64,000 nt of DNA, taken from the NCBI GenBank assembly GCA_032128375.1, contig JAQBGU010000002.1, forward strand, positions 6,400 through 70,399. The letters are read 5' to 3'. Shown piece after piece: positions 36,084-44,894 of this stretch; within the stretch, counting starts at the first letter, position 1; the number at the start of each line of letters is the position of its first letter. Made by a program: the position numbers and the translations under genes. The DNA comes from Deltaproteobacteria bacterium. GTDB taxonomy: Bacteria > Myxococcota_A > UBA9160 > SMWR01. Under the pieces are notes generated by a model. It was not told the DNA's origin and did not search any database. It saw only the letters and a list, made by a program, of their open reading frames with translations.

Positions 36084-36887
36084 ATGGAAGTGCTCGCAAC
36101 ACGGAGGTGGCAAGAGCTGCGCGACTGGCTGGTTCCGGAGCAGCCTTGCTCGTTGATTGCGTGGCATACGCTGACAACGGAGATCGGTCGATGCTGGGTG
36201 GACCGCCTCGCGCAGCCGCGTTGTGCGATCGCGTTCGCGGGTGGGAACCTCACGCTCGTCGGCGATGCCGCAGCGCTTTCGCGTGACGGGTTCGCCGCGG
36301 TCATCGAAACGCTGCTCGCCGATTGGGAGCGCGTCTTCATCGCCGCGCCCGACGCGTTCGTGCCCGCGGTCGTCGAGGCACTGGTTGGCCCAGCCCGCTG
36401 GCCTCGAGTCATCTTCACCACGGACGCGGCAGTCGCGCCCGAGGTTGCGTCTGCGCCGGGGGAGATTCGGCGACTCGGCGCACAAGACGCAGCGGCCGTC
36501 GAGGCGCTCGATGATGACATCGAGTGGATCTCCGATACGCTCGACGGCCCGCGTAGGCTCGCCGAGTTCAACACCGCATTCGGGGGGTTCGTCGCGGGTC
36601 GCCTGGTTTCCGTCGCGGTCCCATTTTACGTCGGTGAGCGCTTCGAGGAACTCGGTGTGGTCACCGCGGAGGCCCACCGCGCTGTGGGCTGGAGTTCGGC
36701 GTGCTCGGCCGCCGTGATCGCAGATATTCATTGCCGCGGTCGAATGCCGTGCTGGTCGACGACGCCCGACAACCTCGCGAGCATCCGGGTCGCGATAAAG
36801 CTCGGCTTTCGCCAGACGCGCGAAGAGATGCATTTCATCGCCGGCGAGCCGACACCAGGCTCTCTGCCCCCCGGACCCCCGGAATAG
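36084..36887 (+). CDS. GNAT-family N-acetyltransferase-like protein
   Basis: The C-terminal half (...VSVAVPFYVGERFEELGVVTAEAHRAVGWSSACSAAVIADIHCRGRMPCWSTTPDNLASIRVAIKLGFRQTRE) looks like an acetyl-CoA-binding GNAT fold. The assignment is by pattern only. Confidence 0.6.
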   Translation: MEVLATRRWQELRDWLVPEQPCSLIAWHTLTTEIGRCWVDRLAQPRCAIAFAGGNLTLVGDAAALSRDGFAAVIETLLADWERVFIAAPDAFVPAVVEALVGPARWPRVIFTTDAAVAPEVASAPGEIRRLGAQDAAAVEALDDDIEWISDTLDGPRRLAEFNTAFGGFVAGRLVSVAVPFYVGERFEELGVVTAEAHRAVGWSSACSAAVIADIHCRGRMPCWSTTPDNLASIRVAIKLGFRQTREEMHFIAGEPTPGSLPPGPPE

Positions 36888-36921
36888 AAGCGCGGTCGCC
36901 GCTGCTGTCACCACTGACGAG

Positions 36922-37310
36922 ATGCTGTCACCCAAGGTCGCGCCCCCGCCAGGCGAACTGCGGCGACTCGGCGCAGCGGACCGCGCAGCCGTCGAAGCGC
37001 TAGACGAGGACATCCAGTGGATCTCGGGCGCCCTCGACGGCCCGCGCGCGCTCGCCGAGATGAACACCGCCTTCGGAGGCTTCGGCTCGGGTCGCCTGGC
37101 CTCCGTTGCAGTCCCGTTCTACGTCGGGGAGCGCTTACTGGAGCCCGGTCTGCTCGGCGGCGGTGATCGCCGACATCCAATCCCGCGGTCGATCGCCGTG
37201 CGGGTCGACAACACCGAACAACACCGCGAGCCTGCAGCTCGCATCGAAACTCGGCTTTCGCCAGACGCGCGAAGAGATGCACTTCATGGCCTGTGAGCCG
37301 ACCGAGGGCT
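36922..37310 (+). pseudogene. tandem partial duplicate of the GNAT gene 3' half, with a 44-nt deletion and frameshift
   Basis: 36937-37310 aligns base for base with 36432-36860 (offset 505 bp): PPGELRRLGAADRAAVEALDEDIQWISGALDGPRALAEMNTAFGGF versus APGEIRRLGAQDAAAVEALDDDIEWISDTLDGPRRLAEFNTAFGGF. Copy 2 lacks 44 nt after GAGCGCTT (junction about 37137) and continues in another frame (...VCSAAVIADIQSRGRSPCGSTTPNNTASLQLASKLGFRQTREEMHF). Confidence 0.7.
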
Positions 37311-37450
37311 CTGCCGCCGGAGTGATCACAGATTCTCCGTCTTGTGTGGCGGCTGCTCGCGAGCCGTATCGCGACGGTGTCGAGCGAGCGACGTCTCGTT
37401 CGAAGACGTATCCTTGCCGGGGTTCGGGCGAATCGGATCGCTCTGGCGGA

Positions 37451-38092
37451 ATGCCAATGAAAGGTGCAGTCCAGGTCATCACCCTCTTTCTCCTTGCAGC
37501 GCTGTCTAACGCTTGTGCTGGGAACGTCGACCTCGTGTTCGTCGCGGGCGAGGACCTCTCGAAGTGCCAAACCTGGAATTGGCTGCCTCGGAGAGGCTCC
37601 AACATCGATGTGACTCAGGGCGACCCCGCGTTGATCGGAGCCAAGCTTTCGCGGCTCATCGAGCGGAAGCTGATTGACAACGGCTTCCGGCGCGCTTTCA
37701 CCGATCCGGACTTCCACGTCACCTACCAGCTCGCTCAGCGTCGACATCTCGTCGAGGAGAACGAGCCGAGCGCGATCTATGAGCTTTCGAGCTTGGACTC
37801 GTCGCCATCGTATTCCATTGAGCGCTCCGACAGGGTGACGCATCGCTATCAAGAAATGCGGCTCGGAATCGCGGCGATCCGACCCGGCGGAGGAACGCTC
37901 TGGCATGCCACGTTTACCCAGTACGAGCGGGAGCATCACGCCGTGAAACTCGATGACGCCGTGGCCATGTTGCTCGCGCGCCTTCCCCGCCCGGCACCCG
38001 ATGAACGTTCACCACCAGAATTCAGCGGGCGACCTGCGCGTGCGGCAGTTCCAGCGACCGCGGAATCACGACGCGGTCAAGCGCTGGAATGA
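37451..38092 (+). CDS. DUF4136-like secreted/lipoprotein
   Basis: MPMKGAVQVITLFLLAALSNACAG signal peptide, then ...CQTWNWLPRRG...LIGAKLSRLIERKLIDNGFRRAFTDPDFHVTYQL..., the DUF4136 pattern. The longer track ORF (37106) is a fusion with the GNAT remnant frame. Confidence 0.6.
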   Translation: MPMKGAVQVITLFLLAALSNACAGNVDLVFVAGEDLSKCQTWNWLPRRGSNIDVTQGDPALIGAKLSRLIERKLIDNGFRRAFTDPDFHVTYQLAQRRHLVEENEPSAIYELSSLDSSPSYSIERSDRVTHRYQEMRLGIAAIRPGGGTLWHATFTQYEREHHAVKLDDAVAMLLARLPRPAPDERSPPEFSGRPARAAVPATAESRRGQALE

Positions 38093-38105
38093 ACCCGTGG
38101 TGCGC

Positions 38106-41100
38106 CTAATGACCAGACCGGGCTGCGCGCGAGCGGCGCGATTGCAGAAGCACGCGCAGGTCCCGATCGCGGTCTTCTGGCAACGCCTCCGCGATCTCCA
38201 GCGCGCGCGCGTAGACCACAACCGGCAGGTTCGCAGTGTCGGCGATCCGGCGCAGTGATCCCCAGACAACGCTCGGTTGATCGGTGGCGAGAGCCGCGGT
38301 TGCCCGCAACAGCGAATCGCCCGCCTCCCATTTCCGCGACAGCAGAGTCTCCGCGATTACCAGGGCTTCGGCGCCCGCCGTCGGGTCGCCCGCCGTGAGC
38401 CGCCAGCGAGCACGCAGCCGGGACGCCTCCACGAACAATGCTTCCCCCGGCAGAATGCGTCCGAGTTCAGCGTCGAGCGTGGCGACCGAGTCCCAATCAC
38501 CCGACACCTCATGGCGCCGGCCTGAGATCAACGCGGCGAGCTGTTCGTCGAGATCCTGCTGCGAGATTCCCGCGGCCGCGCTCGCTTGCGCGATCGTGAG
38601 CGGGAGACTCGCCACCAGCCCCACCACCGCGTCACTCATGTCGGGCGCCAGCTCGAGGGCCCGTTCGAAGTGCCGTGCCGCCCGGCCTGGCCGGGCGAGT
38701 CCGAGTTCGACCCAACCGAGCCCGGCCTCGTCGAGCGCGGGTTCTTGGGACATGGCCAGCGCGAAAGCGCGCTCTTCGAAGCCTGTCGCGACGAGCTTGC
38801 GGAGCAGCGCGGACTGGTCGAGTCCGTCGATCCCAGTGAGCAACGGGTCGAGATCGTCCCACAACCGACGGACGGAATTGACGTTGAGAGCAGAGTTTCC
38901 GAGGCGCGACGCGCGCGAGGCGAGCAGGTTGTGATCGTCCGTGATCAGTGATCCGCCCTCGCTCAGCGCCCGAGTCCCCACGGAATCGAGCACCCGCACC
39001 GCGGCGAAGTCCTCGACGCGATGAATTCCGAAGCGGCCGTAGTCTTCTGGGGTGGCTTGCAATGCCCGGCGTGCGCTCTCGAGAGACGCGAACGGCTCGA
39101 CCGATGCCGCGAAGAGTAGGCCCGAGCTGCCGGCCGGCTGGTAGACCTCCACGTTCCCAAACACATCGACTAGCGTCGCCGCGAGCGATCGCAGCAGCGC
39201 AGCGTCGACGAAACTGAGCCCGATCCATTGCGCGAACACCCCGTCGGGCTGCAGGCGTGAGCGCACCAGCGCAAAGAATTCCCGCGTATAAAGATGGGAG
39301 GCGCCGGCCGTCCAAGGGTGTGACGGCTGGGAGACGACAGCGTCGAAGCGCCGCTCCGTCAGTTGCAGCAGTCCGCGTGCGTCTCCGATATGTACTCGAA
39401 CACGTGAATCCTCGAGTGGATCGATGTTGCGCTCAGGGGCGGCTCGCTGATTGGCCGTCAGGATCTCGCGCTCGATTTCGATCACGTCGATCGACGCGAT
39501 CGACGATGGAATCGGCTCGAGCGCTCTGCCACCACCGAGCCCGATCACCAGCAGGTCGCGCGCGTCGGGGCGCAGGAGTGATGGGAGCAGGCCCATCCAG
39601 TACCCGATGGAGGGTTGGGGCAGCATTCCGGCGCGCTCGATGATCGACTCGGGCAATCCGTTGGAGGTGAGGCGGAATTGAGTCGTTTGATCGAATAGCA
39701 TCACAGTGCTCGAACGCCCGACGGCGGCGTAGACGATTTCGCCCTGGGAACGCTGACGCGAGAGAGGCGACGAGCTCAATAGCGCCCACGGTGTGTGTGG
39801 GGGTCGTGCGATCAAGACCAGCGCCGCTGTTGCAGTGGCGATGGCGAGTGCCGTACGTCTGGGGCGAATCGACACCGCCGCGATCGCCCCGAGTCCGAGG
39901 TTCGCAATGGCTCCGCCGGCAATCGTTCCCGCAAAGCCCAGACCCGGGAGTAACACGAACCCCGCACCCAGCGCGCCGGCAATCGCGCCCAGCGTGTTCC
40001 ACGCGTACACGCGCGCGGTCGCTCCGGCGGCCTGCTCGGGAGACAGCGCGAGTACGCGTACAGCGAACGGGAACGTGGCACCGATACACAGTGTGATTGG
40101 CAGCAGTACCGCGCCTGCGACCGCCGCACTGGCGAGGGGAGCCCCGGCTCCGGCCCCGACCACAAGCGAAAGCTCCGGAAGCCAGTCGGCGAAGGCGAAG
40201 CCCAAGTAGGAGGTCAACGCGATCCCGAGCTGCGCCACCCCAAAGCCGACCGCGGCGCGTTCGCGGCTCGTCGCCAGACGCGACGCGAACGCACTGCCCA
40301 GCGCGATGCCCAGCAGAAAGCTCGCGAGCATGGTGGCGAAAGCGTCGAGACTCGCACCCAGCAGTTGCCCGAGCAGCCGAGTCCACAGCACCTCGTAAGC
40401 AAAGGAAACAGCTCCCGATACTGCGACGGCCGGCAGGATCCAAGCGGCGCCGCCAGCGACAGGTTTCGGCGCCGGTCGCATCCGATTCGCGGTCTCCGGC
40501 TTCATCGTACCCGGTGCCAGGCAGGCGGCCAGCGCAAAAACGAGCCCGTTCAGCGCCACACCGACCCAGACCGTGTGGCGCAACCCGAGCTCGGGCATCA
40601 GCCAAAAGGCTGCACACAGGGTGCCGACGATCGCACCCGCTGTGTTCACCGCGTACAGCACACCGACCCGTCGGCCGATCTCCGCCTCGTTGCGCACGGC
40701 GTAGTGCGCGAGCACGGGTAGCGTTGCCCCCATGAAGGCGGTCGGGGGCAGCAGGACCGCAAAGGCGGTCCCGAGCTGGAACAGCGCGGCGGCCGTGGCT
40801 TCGGCTTCCGGCAGTTCGTCGCCGCCTCGGAGCAGTCCGACGTATACCGAGTTGGTCAGCCGGATCCCAACGGGGACCAACAACGCAGAGACGGCGGTCG
40901 CCAGTTCGAGCACGCCGTAGGCCAGAACCGGCCGGCGCATCCGCGTCACGTATCGCGCCGCTGCCGCAGCGCCGAGCGCGAGCCCGCCCATGTAGGCCGC
41001 GAGGACTGCCGCGATGGCGAGTTCGGAAGTTCCGAACACGAAGCTCAGCTCACGCGTCCACACCGTCTGGTAGAGGAGTGCCGCGAAACCGGACAAGAAG

Positions 41101-41138
41101 AAGCAGGCGAGCAGCAGCGCGAATCGGGTGTCCATCAT
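38106..41138 (-). CDS. fused MFS-like membrane domain / spermidine-synthase-like / TPR-like protein
   Basis: N-terminus MMDTRFALLLACFFLSGFAALLYQTVWTRELSFVFG plus 12 or more hydrophobic helices. The central domain is LLVIGLGGGRA...IDVIEIEREI...VHIGDARG...FDAVVSQPSHPWTAGASHLYTREFF. The tail is helical and repeat-like. Confidence 0.8.
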   Translation of the reverse strand: MMDTRFALLLACFFLSGFAALLYQTVWTRELSFVFGTSELAIAAVLAAYMGGLALGAAAAARYVTRMRRPVLAYGVLELATAVSALLVPVGIRLTNSVYVGLLRGGDELPEAEATAAALFQLGTAFAVLLPPTAFMGATLPVLAHYAVRNEAEIGRRVGVLYAVNTAGAIVGTLCAAFWLMPELGLRHTVWVGVALNGLVFALAACLAPGTMKPETANRMRPAPKPVAGGAAWILPAVAVSGAVSFAYEVLWTRLLGQLLGASLDAFATMLASFLLGIALGSAFASRLATSRERAAVGFGVAQLGIALTSYLGFAFADWLPELSLVVGAGAGAPLASAAVAGAVLLPITLCIGATFPFAVRVLALSPEQAAGATARVYAWNTLGAIAGALGAGFVLLPGLGFAGTIAGGAIANLGLGAIAAVSIRPRRTALAIATATAALVLIARPPHTPWALLSSSPLSRQRSQGEIVYAAVGRSSTVMLFDQTTQFRLTSNGLPESIIERAGMLPQPSIGYWMGLLPSLLRPDARDLLVIGLGGGRALEPIPSSIASIDVIEIEREILTANQRAAPERNIDPLEDSRVRVHIGDARGLLQLTERRFDAVVSQPSHPWTAGASHLYTREFFALVRSRLQPDGVFAQWIGLSFVDAALLRSLAATLVDVFGNVEVYQPAGSSGLLFAASVEPFASLESARRALQATPEDYGRFGIHRVEDFAAVRVLDSVGTRALSEGGSLITDDHNLLASRASRLGNSALNVNSVRRLWDDLDPLLTGIDGLDQSALLRKLVATGFEERAFALAMSQEPALDEAGLGWVELGLARPGRAARHFERALELAPDMSDAVVGLVASLPLTIAQASAAAGISQQDLDEQLAALISGRRHEVSGDWDSVATLDAELGRILPGEALFVEASRLRARWRLTAGDPTAGAEALVIAETLLSRKWEAGDSLLRATAALATDQPSVVWGSLRRIADTANLPVVVYARALEIAEALPEDRDRDLRVLLQSRRSRAARSGH

Positions 41139-41139
41139 G

Positions 41140-41650
41140 GGCTCCGTACCTGGGTTAGGCCGCGGTGCACTGTATCTTGCCTCACCTGCCTTCGCGGGCC
41201 CCCCTCGTTCCACGCCCTCATGAACGACGCCAGCGCTTGACTTTGCGGAACGCTCTGAGAAAGGCCCTTCGGGCCAGGCAGGCCGTCGATGATGCCGAGC
41301 TCGATCGACAGCGCGCCGAGTCCGCGCACGACCAGCTCATGGAACACGCTGGCCCAAGCTTTCGAAGACCTCCTTGTCCCCGGCTTGGAGCATGATCACC
41401 CCCGTGTCGGCGGCTCGTCGTCACGCCGCTCACCACCAGCATGCATTGCTTCCCGATCTCCTTGCCCCTCCGCATCGAAAGTCGGATCGACCGCCATCTC
41501 GCGGATCGCAGCGGCGGCATTGGAAGCGAGCGCCGTCTTCGAGCTCTGGTGGGTTCATGACCTGGGCTACGGACTCCGATCGCGCCTGTGCGCGTAGGTC
41601 AAAGAGCGCGACAAGGCTCTGCTGGTCGCACGCTTTGACCTATCCTCGAA
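41140..41650 (-). pseudogene. multiply frameshifted remainder of a DUF2461 (TIGR02453-like) gene
   Basis: Downstream of the sulfatase stop, three frames carry protein-like pieces (SLVALFDLRAQARSESVAQVMNPPELEDGARF / AAAAIREMAVDPTFDAEG / IMLQAGDKEVFESLGQR / VFHELVVRGLGALSIELGIIDGLPGPKGLSQSVPQSQAL). Stops and frameshifts interrupt them, and none is an intact ORF with a start codon. Confidence 0.35.
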
Positions 41651-43276
41651 TTATCCTGCACCTTCTCGCCCCATATTCTCGCTGAACATCAGGTGCAAGC
41701 CGTCTTTGTAGGGCCGTTTGTCCTTGGAATAGCGCACGTCGCGATCGATGCGCATGATCGCGCCGTTGATGCGCGGCGCTGCGAGGACCGGTGCGAGTTT
41801 CTGCAACTCGGTGCCAATCGCCGAAACGAATTTTTTCGTTCCGGAATTTGTTGGCCCGGAATCGCCAGTCAACAAGGCGTCGAGCAGCGTGTTCAATCGC
41901 TCTACTGTGTCGCGATTCTCAGGGTCATAGGCCACGTTTTGATATTCGCGCGGATCGTTCTGGTGGTCGTAGAGTTCGGCTCCCAGCAACTCCCATTCAC
42001 CGCCGCGGCGGCCTCCCCAGCGAACGTAGCGATACCTCTGTGTGCGCACGGTCTGGCCGATCGAATTGGCCCGATACGCCCAGCCAAGAGCTGCTTCCTC
42101 CCACGGCCGATCGGGATCGTTCAGCAGCGCGACGAAACTCACGCCTTCGCCCTGGCGGGGATCGGGAATCCCCGTCAGTTCGCACAAGGTTGGCAGAATG
42201 TCGGCCGATTCCACCAGCCCGCTCGAAGACTGTCCACCCAAGACGCCTGGCACACGCAGGATCAACGGAATGCGAAGCGATTGTTCCAGAGCGGTGTTCT
42301 TGCCCCAGATTCCGTGCTCGCCCAGATGCCAGCCGTGGTCCCCCCAGAGCACGACTACGGTTCGATCGGCGAGCCCTTGCCGCGCGAGCTCGGCGAGCAA
42401 TCTCCCTATCTGTGCGTCGACGTAGCTGACGCAGGCGCGATAGCCGTGGATCAACCGTTTGGCCGTGTCGGCGTCGATCGATCCGCCACCGTCGTAGACG
42501 CGCGGCTCATAGTTGCCATGAAACTGCTGATTGGCAACGCGATACATACCCTCTCGATCGGGGACCTCGATCTGATCGCGATCGTAGAGATCCCAATACC
42601 TGGCAGGACAATTGAACGGAAGGTGTGGACGAACGAAACCGACCGCCAGGAAGAAGTCGCGGTCTTCCATCCTCCGCAGCTCTTCGATTGCCCTTGTCGC
42701 GATCTTTCCGTCTACGTACGCGTCGTCCGGGACATCGGGTGCTTCGGATATGGGCCCGCGTCGGGAGGTTTGAATTCCCGACATGTGGACGTTTTCGGTC
42801 GCCAGATATTGGGGGTGAACCCATTCGGGCGGTAGCCAACTCTCGCGGCTCCAAGCCTCCGGCGCGTCTTTTGCGGTGTGCAGGAACTTTCCCACCTCGA
42901 CGGTTTCATAGCCCGCATCCTTGAATAGGCGCGGGAGCGGGATCAAGCGCGGGTTGCCCTCAGACAACGCCGGAGCCATGAAGATTACCCCCGTGGTCTG
43001 CGGATACGCTCCACTCAGCATCGAAGCGCGTGACGCAGCGCAAGCCGCTACGGCGGCGTAGGCTCGATCGAATCGCACACCTTGCGCTGAAAGTCGGTCG
43101 ATGTTGGGTGTAATCGCTGGTGCGCCGTACGCACCGAGTTCCGGGCGGAGGTCATCGACGGAAATGAAAAGTACGCTCAACCGCGACCGCTTCGGCTGGA
43201 TTCGCTCGGACGGACATCCGAATGAAAACAGCAGAGCAAGAAGCATCGCTATCCGAATCAATCGGTACACAGTCAT
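41651..43276 (-). CDS. formylglycine-type sulfatase (lipoprotein) with foreign DUF2461-like C-terminal tail
   Basis: MTVYRLIRIAMLLALLFSFGC signal; VLFISVDDLRPELG; AACAASRASMLSG (C-x-A-x-R variant of CxPxR); WGDHGWHLGEHG. The last ~60 aa, KKFVSAIGTELQKLAPVLAAPRINGAIMRIDRDVRYSKDKRPYKDGLHLMF, match the DUF2461 RxxRDxRFSxDKxPYK motif. Confidence 0.8.
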   Translation of the reverse strand: MTVYRLIRIAMLLALLFSFGCPSERIQPKRSRLSVLFISVDDLRPELGAYGAPAITPNIDRLSAQGVRFDRAYAAVAACAASRASMLSGAYPQTTGVIFMAPALSEGNPRLIPLPRLFKDAGYETVEVGKFLHTAKDAPEAWSRESWLPPEWVHPQYLATENVHMSGIQTSRRGPISEAPDVPDDAYVDGKIATRAIEELRRMEDRDFFLAVGFVRPHLPFNCPARYWDLYDRDQIEVPDREGMYRVANQQFHGNYEPRVYDGGGSIDADTAKRLIHGYRACVSYVDAQIGRLLAELARQGLADRTVVVLWGDHGWHLGEHGIWGKNTALEQSLRIPLILRVPGVLGGQSSSGLVESADILPTLCELTGIPDPRQGEGVSFVALLNDPDRPWEEAALGWAYRANSIGQTVRTQRYRYVRWGGRRGGEWELLGAELYDHQNDPREYQNVAYDPENRDTVERLNTLLDALLTGDSGPTNSGTKKFVSAIGTELQKLAPVLAAPRINGAIMRIDRDVRYSKDKRPYKDGLHLMFSENMGREGAG

Positions 43277-43451
43277 CGCTCCACTTCGCATCATGCAGTC
43301 GGCGATGTGTTCGTTCTCAGATAGCATCCCCGAGTTCGAAGGAACGTTCACTGGTGATCCCTCTGTCAGGGAGCCAGGAGAATACTCTGAATTCGCACGA
43401 AAACGTCGATCGCCGGATCAGGTCGTGCCAGCCATATCTCGTTGGCAACCC

Positions 43452-44774
43452 ATGAACCGCACAGCTCGGATGTCGCTCCTGATCGCTCTCACGCTTCTCG
43501 CGTTGGGGATCCGGGCAGCGTACGTGGCCACGGCTGTCGTCGACAATCCCATCCGCGCAGATGCGGCGCAATACGTGAGATACGGCTACAACCTCGCGTT
43601 CCATGGCGTCTACTCATCTGCGCAGGCGCCCGATGTCCTCGAGCCCGATTCTTTTCGCTCGCCTGGTTATCCGCTTCAGCTGGCCGCTCTCCTCGCGCTA
43701 GTCGACAACCCGGCTGCCTTCTACCGCACGCAGCTCGTCATCCAGGCTTTTCTGTCTGCGCTCGTGGTTCCGATCGTGATCCTACTGGCAAGACGGACCA
43801 TGCGGGAATCATACGCGCTCGCGGTGGGATTGATGACCGCGCTGATGCCGCACCAGGTCACGTCGAGCGGCTACTTGCTCACCGAGACACTCCAGTCGTT
43901 CCTATTCGCGGCCAGTATTCTCGGGTTCGTGACTTCACTCGCAAGACACAGAATCAGTACTTCTGTGCTTGCGGGGATCTTGTTCGGTCTGCTGTACATG
44001 ACCAACGAGGCTACGCTGCTGCTTGCGCCGCTGTTGGTCGCTCTGGTCTTGCTGGGGAGTCATACGGCGCGCCATCCCCGGTCCCGACGCGGGCTGATCG
44101 TCCTTCTAGGCTCGTTCGCGGTGTTTCCTGTGGCTTGGCAGCTCCGTGGCATCGTCAGCATTCCCGCCGAATCGAAGAACCTGGGCTCCGGAAGGGCTTG
44201 GTCTGCGGCTGTGGAGGGCAGCTATCCGGGCTTTCGGTTCGGTGAGCACTCCACATACGGATATGCATATCGAGCGGATTCCGAGTTTCGCGACATGCAA
44301 ACGTCGGCGCACCGGTTCTTTGAAGTGATGAGGTCGCGTGTTGCCGACGACCCGACTCGGTACCTCGCGTGGTACTCCTTCCAGAAACCACTGGCTCTGT
44401 GGAAGTGGGGGTTCGTGCAGGGTGCGGGCGACATCTACATCTACGGAGTCGACAAATCGATCTATGAATCGCAAGGTTGGGCTCGCCTAACGCGTGAGTT
44501 GATTCGCTCTCTGCACCCATTTGCGCTGTGTCTTGCTGCCTTCGCCATCATCCACGCCGCGTTCGGGATCTACCGAAAGGGCCTTGCGTCTGATTTGATT
44601 GTCCCCGCCGTGCTCTCCGTGACGATTGTGTACTGGACCGCGGTTCATACGGTCCTCCTGGCACTGCCGCGATACGGCATCGCGTTGCGTCCTGAAGTCT
44701 ATCTACTCGCAGCATGGGCTCTGGTCGAAAGCGCGCCATGGCCGCGGAGGATCATCGCACTTCTGCGACAATAG
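43452..44774 (+). CDS. GT-C fold membrane glycosyltransferase-like protein (family 39/PMT_2-like)
   Basis: MNRTARMSLLIALTLLALGIRAAYV..., first-loop IRADAAQYVRYGYNLAFHG, then 10 or more hydrophobic helices. The track start at 43101 overlaps the divergent sulfatase. Confidence 0.6.
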   Translation: MNRTARMSLLIALTLLALGIRAAYVATAVVDNPIRADAAQYVRYGYNLAFHGVYSSAQAPDVLEPDSFRSPGYPLQLAALLALVDNPAAFYRTQLVIQAFLSALVVPIVILLARRTMRESYALAVGLMTALMPHQVTSSGYLLTETLQSFLFAASILGFVTSLARHRISTSVLAGILFGLLYMTNEATLLLAPLLVALVLLGSHTARHPRSRRGLIVLLGSFAVFPVAWQLRGIVSIPAESKNLGSGRAWSAAVEGSYPGFRFGEHSTYGYAYRADSEFRDMQTSAHRFFEVMRSRVADDPTRYLAWYSFQKPLALWKWGFVQGAGDIYIYGVDKSIYESQGWARLTRELIRSLHPFALCLAAFAIIHAAFGIYRKGLASDLIVPAVLSVTIVYWTAVHTVLLALPRYGIALRPEVYLLAAWALVESAPWPRRIIALLRQ

Positions 44775-44894
44775 ACGGCCCGATTCCCGCGGACCGAGCG
44801 CGTCACCACGCGCTTCGCGGTGGACCGCGCTGGGTGCGTCGCCCGGGGTCGAAGTCATCGACCGCGTTCATCCTCAGGCCAATACCAGTTGGCA

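Noticed and set aside
37106-38092. The 328-aa ORF joining GNAT-like sequence to the DUF4136 lipoprotein.
   Set aside because: It is an accidental read-through from the frameshifted GNAT duplicate. The signal peptide at 37451 marks the real start of the downstream gene.
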